Shown here one piece after another: positions 59,256-64,000 of a stretch of DNA of 64,000 nt. Within the stretch, counting starts at the first letter, position 1; the number at the start of each line of letters is the position of its first letter. The notes under the pieces were generated by a model. The model did no database searches. It saw nothing but the letters and a program-made list of their open reading frames with translations, and was not told the DNA's origin. Source of the stretch: an uncultured bacterium (GTDB taxonomy: Bacteria > Krumholzibacteriota > Krumholzibacteriia > JACNKJ01); assembly GCA_963695095.1 (NCBI GenBank), contig CAVOFT010000001.1, positions 2,848,001 through 2,912,000 of the forward strand, given 5' to 3'. The position numbers were made by a program, and so were the translations under genes.

Positions 59256-61599
59256 CTACTTGAGGAGCAGCAGCTTCCCGCTGACGCCGCCGCTCGCTCC
59301 GTTCACCCGCACCAGGTAGAGGCCGCTGCCCAGCGCGACGCCGCGCTCGTCGCGGCCGTCCCAGCGCACCTCCTGCCGGCCCGCGGGCTGCCACTCGTCC
59401 GCCAGCGTGCGCAGGCGACGGCCCTGGGCATCGAAGATCGCCACCTGCCAGCGGCCCGCCGCGGGCAGCTCGTAGCTGATCAGCGTGCTCGGATTGAAGG
59501 GATTGGGCTGATTGCCCAGGATGCGCAGGGCGAAGGATGGCCGCCGCCGGCTCCTCCACCGCGGTCAGATCGTCGATCACGTGCAGCGAGTCGCCGCTGC
59601 TGGTCGCATAGCCCAGCTCGGTGTTGTTGGCGTCGCGCACCCTCTCCTGGATGAAGACCAGGGGCGTGGAGCCCGCGGCCAGGCCGCTGAATTCGAGCAG
59701 CGCCACCTCGCCGCCCCCTTCCCGAGCGCCGTCGAGAAAGGCCAGCGAGAAGTGCGCCGTGCTGCTGCCGCTCTCCGTGTAGTCGTGGAAGTAGCTCTGC
59801 AATCCGGAGCTGGTGACCCAGCTCCCCGCATGGATGGCAGTCAGCTCCGCCACGCTCTCGTCGAAGTCCACGACAACGTCGACGCCCTTCACGGGCACCT
59901 GACTGGGGTCGATCATCACGCGCAGCGTGCAGGCTTCGGCGACGTTGGTGGTGCAGCTGACGGGATCGATGCTGAGGCGGCCCTTGAGGGCGTTGAGGCG
60001 ACCCGTCGCGGCCTGCCAGATGCGCCGGCTCGTCTGCTCCTGGAGGAATACCGTGGCGTTGAGCGCGAGCCGGCTGCCAGAAGCTCGCGAACGCGATGGG
60101 CACGCTGAAGCTCTGCACACCGACCGCGGGATCCACGGGAATGCCGCCAGGTCGAGCGGGAAGACGCGCCGCAGGGCCTGGCTGGTGCCAGTTGTGTCCG
60201 TTGCCGCCGACGAGTAGATGCTGTCTTCGGTGACGGCCGACTGCAGGCGATAGTCACCGGCCGGGTCCAGCGGCTCGGTCCAGGTCCAGACTGACCACGA
60301 GCGTGGAGTCGGCCGCACGCCAGTGCAAGGCTGATGCTGCCGGGGCTGAGCACGTTCTTGCGCGCCGTCATGCCGCTGTGATAGGTGCTCTCCACCTCAG
60401 CCCAGATCCACGACGCCGTCGATCCAGAAGTGCGGCGTGAAGTCGCGCCCCGTAGCCCAGAGATCAGCTGCTGGTTCTGGACGGAGTTCTGCAGCCACAT
60501 GATGTCGGCGCCGCTGGGCCACCAGGTGTGGCAGCGGATCAGACGCCACCGAGCTGCCCTGGCCGGGCAGCCAGGCGTCGAAGGCAAACTCGGGTGCGGC
60601 GCAGTAGCCGCAGCCTGCGTTCGTGTGGAACCACCCGAGGGGCACATGCGGCAGCGTGTAGCTATCGCAGGAGGCTTCCCGGCTGTTGTCGCCCGGCGCC
60701 TCGTCGGCAGGCAGTAGCGCTTCAGCGTGCAGATGGTAGTAGTGGCCCGCGGCGGCCAGGAAGTCCGGGAAGTCGAGCGTCGCCTGCTCGGCCGGCTCCA
60801 GATGATGACTCAGGATCTCGCTGTAGACCAGCGTCCCCGATTCCTCGATGCGGAGCTCGACATCGAAATCCTCGGCCAGCGCACCCTTGTTCGTCACCAG
60901 CACGGACGGGGCGATCGTGCCGCCGGCCGCAAACTGCTCGCCGTCCGGGGTGAGCGCCAGCAGGGCCAGGTCATGGTCGAAGGGCTCGTAGACGCGCACA
61001 TCGTCGATGTACCAGTCGTCGGCGTAGTCGCCGTAGTAGCGGAAGGCGAGGTAGACCACCGGCTCGCCCGCATAGGCCTGCAAGGCCAGGGTGACGGGGT
61101 CCGCGGTGAAGTCACCGATCTCGTGGTTGGCCGGCGTCCAGTCGACGAGCATGGTGAAGGCGGCCGGATCGGTCTGGCTCGTCGTGCTCGCCGCGATGTA
61201 GTGGTGCTCGCCGAAGCCCGGCCAGTAGTCCTGCTTCTCGTAGAATTCCAGGTAGGCGGACTGCAGCGCGGAGAAGTCCAGCGCCGGCGTCACCAGGTAC
61301 TCGTCCTGGAGCAGGCCCGGCGAACCGTAGTGCACGCGCGCCGAATAGGCGCCGCTGTGCTTGAAGGTGCCGTTTCGCTCCCAGGTGAAGGTGCTGCCCA
61401 GGTGGATCACCGCCCAGCCCGCGGGCGGGAAGCTCCCCTCGAAGCCCTCGTTCAGGATGTCATTGCGCACGGGCTGGTAAGGCGGCGCGGCTTGGGGATC
61501 GGGACAGGGGGAGAACGCTTCGTGAGTCGAGGCCTGCCCGGCTCCCGCGAGGAGAGCCAAGGCCATGGCCAGAGCGCGAAGGGCAGCGCCATTACGCAT
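59256..61599 (-). pseudogene. Multidomain secreted protein (cleaved-adhesin-like, CARDB-like, Omp28/thioredoxin-like CxxC, cohesin-like, CTD); several frameshifts as assembled
   Basis: Signal peptide; EGFEGSFPPAGW...DEYLVTP...WYIDDV; TNAGCGYC; TPHFWIDG; KGVDVVVDFD; NQPNPFNPST...WDGRD..G..LGSGLYLVR...KLLLLK. Confidence 0.75.
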
Positions 61600-61757
61600 G
61601 CTCGAGCCTCCCGCGGCAGGACCGCTGGTTCCGGTTGGAGGATGATTATAGCAGATCGCAACCATTCAGTGGAAATTCCTCTTGAGTGCGGCCAAGGGAT
61701 TGTTCAATCGTCATTTTTCTGAGACATCGCCCTCCCGGTTGACGGCTGTCGGACCGC

Positions 61758-63899
61758 CTAGAGGGACAGCCGGCTCCCGATCTGGAAGATCGCCAGCGAG
61801 AGCAGGTAGGCGAGGCCCGTCAGACCCAGCCACTGCGCCGCGGCCAGGCTCCAGCGTCCGGACTCCCGCCGCGTGATGGCGAAGGTGGCCATGCAGGGCG
61901 TGGCCAGCAGCGCGAAGACCAGGATCGAGAGCCCCTGCAGGGGGCTGTAGTGGCCGGCGAGCGCCGCGCGCAGGCCGCTGGAGTTCTGCGCTGGGTCCCC
62001 CATCGCGAAGATGATGCCGAGCTGGGCGACGAAGACCTCCTTGGCCGCGAAGGCGCCGAGGAAGGCCGTGTTGATGCGCCAGTCGAAGCCCAGCGGCGCC
62101 ATCGCCGGCTGCAGGGCCTGGCCGATGCGCCCGGCCAGCGAAAACTCCAGGGCCTCGGCGGCCCGCGCCGCGGAGAGCGCCGCGGGGTCCGCACCCGGGC
62201 CGAGCAGCGCATCGGCACGGTAGCTCTCCGGCTGCGGGAAGCTCATCAGGATCCACAGCAGCACCGAGATGCCCAGGATCAAGGTGCCCGCCTTGCGCAG
62301 GTACATGGAGGCGCGCTGCCAGACGTGGATGCTGATGCTGCGGCCCGTCGGCCGCCGGTAGGGCGGCAGCTCCATGACGAAGGGCGTGGCCAGGCCGGCC
62401 AGCACGCTGCGGCTCAAGATGCGCGCCACGATCAGCCCCAGGCCGATGCCGAGCAGGTAGAGGCCGAAGAGCACGGGCGTGTGCCAGGCCCGCGGGAAGA
62501 AGGCCGGGATCATCAGCAGGTAGATCGGCAGGCGAGCGCCGCACGAAATGAAGGGCAGGATCAGCATCGTCACCAGGCGGTCGCGGCGGCTCGGCAGGGT
62601 GCGCGTGGCCATGATCGCCGGTATCGTGCAGCCGAAGCCGATCAGCATGGGGATGAAGCTCTTGCCGTGCAGGCCGAAGCGGTGCATCACCCGGTCCATG
62701 ATGAAGGCCGCCCGCGCCATGTAGCCCGTGTCCTCGAGCAGGCTGATGCCCAGGAAGAGCAGCACGATGTTGGGCAGGAAGACGAGCACGCCACCCACGC
62801 CGCCGAGAATGCCGTCGACGACGAGGCTCTCGAGCCAGACGAAGCGGCCGGCCGGCCAGAGGGCCGCCGCCCGGCCGCCCAGCCAGCCGAAGAGGGCGTC
62901 GATGCCGTCCATCAGCGGCGCGCCGAGGCTGAAGGTGAGCCAGAACAGGCCGTACATGAACGCCAAGAACAATGGGAGGCCAAGCACGCGATGCGTGAGC
63001 ACGGCGTCGATGCGCTCGCTTTCGGTGACGCGATCCACGCGCGCGGGCCGGCGCGTGACCTCCCGCGCCAGGCCGGCGGCGAAGCCGTAGCGGCGATCGG
63101 CGATGAGCACGGCCACGGGGTCGCCCAGGCGGCGCGCCAGGCGCTCGTTGACGGCGGCCAGGTGCTCGCGCAGGGCGGTGAGATCGGCCACCTGCGCCTC
63201 GACGGCCGCCAGCACTTCCATGTCGCCCTCGAGCAGCTTGACGGCGGCGTAGCGGCGCGGGAGGCGCAGCTCGCCGAGCGGGGCGAGGCGCGCTTCGAGC
63301 GCGGCGATCTCTGGCTCGAGGTCACTGCCGTAGTCCACGCGCGGCAGCTCGGCGCGGCGGCTCGCCGCCAGGCGCAGGCGCTGGCGCAGCTCGTCGATGC
63401 CGGCGCCCTTGTGGCCCACGGTCTCGGCGACCATGGCCCCGGTCAGCTCGCCCAGCCGCTCGACGTCGAGCAGCTGGCCCTGGCCGCGGGCGATGTCGGC
63501 CATGTTGAGCACGAGCACGAGATTGACCTCCAGCTCCATGAGCTGGACGGCCAGGTGCAGGTTGCGCTCGAGGTTGGAGCTGTCCAGCACGTCGACCACG
63601 ACGTCCGGCCGCTCGTCGATGAGGAAGCGGCGGGCCACGCGCTCCTCGTCGCTGTGGGCGTGGAGGCTGTAGGTGCCCGGCAGGTCGACGATCTGCATCG
63701 GCCCGCCCACGCCGCGCAGGCGCCCCCACTTCTTCTCGACGGTTACTCCAGGATAGTTGCCGACGTGCTGGTGTCCGCCGGTGAGGCGATTGAAGAGGCT
63801 GGTCTTGCCCGAGTTGGGATTGCCGGCCAGGGCCACGGTGATCTCGCGGCCGCGCAGCAGCTCGCCGGGAAAGGCCGCCGTGCTACCCGACGTGCGCAT
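61758..63899 (-). CDS. feoB: Ferrous iron transporter B
   Basis: GNPNSGKT, GNYPGVTVE, DLPGTYSL, NMAD, LEDTGYMAR, GFGC, SCGAR, MELPPY, AKEV. Confidence 0.96.
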   Translation of the reverse strand: MRTSGSTAAFPGELLRGREITVALAGNPNSGKTSLFNRLTGGHQHVGNYPGVTVEKKWGRLRGVGGPMQIVDLPGTYSLHAHSDEERVARRFLIDERPDVVVDVLDSSNLERNLHLAVQLMELEVNLVLVLNMADIARGQGQLLDVERLGELTGAMVAETVGHKGAGIDELRQRLRLAASRRAELPRVDYGSDLEPEIAALEARLAPLGELRLPRRYAAVKLLEGDMEVLAAVEAQVADLTALREHLAAVNERLARRLGDPVAVLIADRRYGFAAGLAREVTRRPARVDRVTESERIDAVLTHRVLGLPLFLAFMYGLFWLTFSLGAPLMDGIDALFGWLGGRAAALWPAGRFVWLESLVVDGILGGVGGVLVFLPNIVLLFLGISLLEDTGYMARAAFIMDRVMHRFGLHGKSFIPMLIGFGCTIPAIMATRTLPSRRDRLVTMLILPFISCGARLPIYLLMIPAFFPRAWHTPVLFGLYLLGIGLGLIVARILSRSVLAGLATPFVMELPPYRRPTGRSISIHVWQRASMYLRKAGTLILGISVLLWILMSFPQPESYRADALLGPGADPAALSAARAAEALEFSLAGRIGQALQPAMAPLGFDWRINTAFLGAFAAKEVFVAQLGIIFAMGDPAQNSSGLRAALAGHYSPLQGLSILVFALLATPCMATFAITRRESGRWSLAAAQWLGLTGLAYLLSLAIFQIGSRLSL

Positions 63900-64000
63900 C
63901 TAGAGCCGCTCCACGCCGATGGTGGCCGCCTCGGCCTTGCGCAGCGACAGGTGGCAGCCCTTGATCTTGATGTCGATGGGATCGCCCAGCGGCGCCACGC
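63900..64000 (-). CDS. feoA: Ferrous iron transport protein A (3' part; runs off the window)
   Basis: Translates to ...VAPLGDPIDIKIKGCHLSLRKAEAATIGVERL*, abutting the feoB start. Confidence 0.9.
   Translation of the reverse strand, partial: VAPLGDPIDIKIKGCHLSLRKAEAATIGVERL

Noticed and set aside
60590..60640. Selenocysteine in the Omp28-like redox motif
   Set aside because: The motif reads CGYC with ordinary Cys codons and has no in-frame TGA

Overview
A 64-kb stretch of chromosome from a very GC-rich diderm bacterium. Several secreted proteins end in PNPFNP...SGxY...K/R-L-x-L-L-K domains (T9SS type-A/FlgD-Ig-like CTDs), which suggests an FCB-superphylum lineage such as Latescibacterota, Krumholzibacteriota or Eisenbacteria (inference). 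About 55 genes are present. Redox: a DUF362/4Fe-4S/DUF6599 cluster, a HybA/HybB(NrfD)/13-heme cytochrome c operon behind a near-perfect Rex box, and perR-ahpC. Transport: a TPP-riboswitch thiamine salvage operon (TonB receptor, thiamine pyrophosphokinase, SSS transporter), modABC, feoAB, MscS and two tandem cation/H+ antiporters. Catabolism and central metabolism: pckA, acs, gdhA, ALDH7, CoA-transferase A/B, a PLP Cys/Met enzyme, M1 and M28 peptidases, and a REC-PPDK_N protein. Envelope: a GT4/deacetylase cluster and many secreted proteins. No rRNA, tRNA, CRISPR array, transposase or prophage gene was seen. Five genes (acs, gdhA, the PLD, the M28 peptidase and the Omp28/cohesin protein) carry frameshifts that look like assembly indels. 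The most striking unexplained signal is an ungapped 15-residue C-terminal tail, T-A-x3-[AS]-[ST]-[WM]-S-x-V-K-[SA]-L-Y-stop. It ends three otherwise unrelated Sec-exported proteins and is a candidate short protein-sorting signal working beside the long CTD. Also noted: a 34-bp REP-like palindromic repeat in two copies 44 kb apart, and a small lower-GC patch containing CTD-gene debris.
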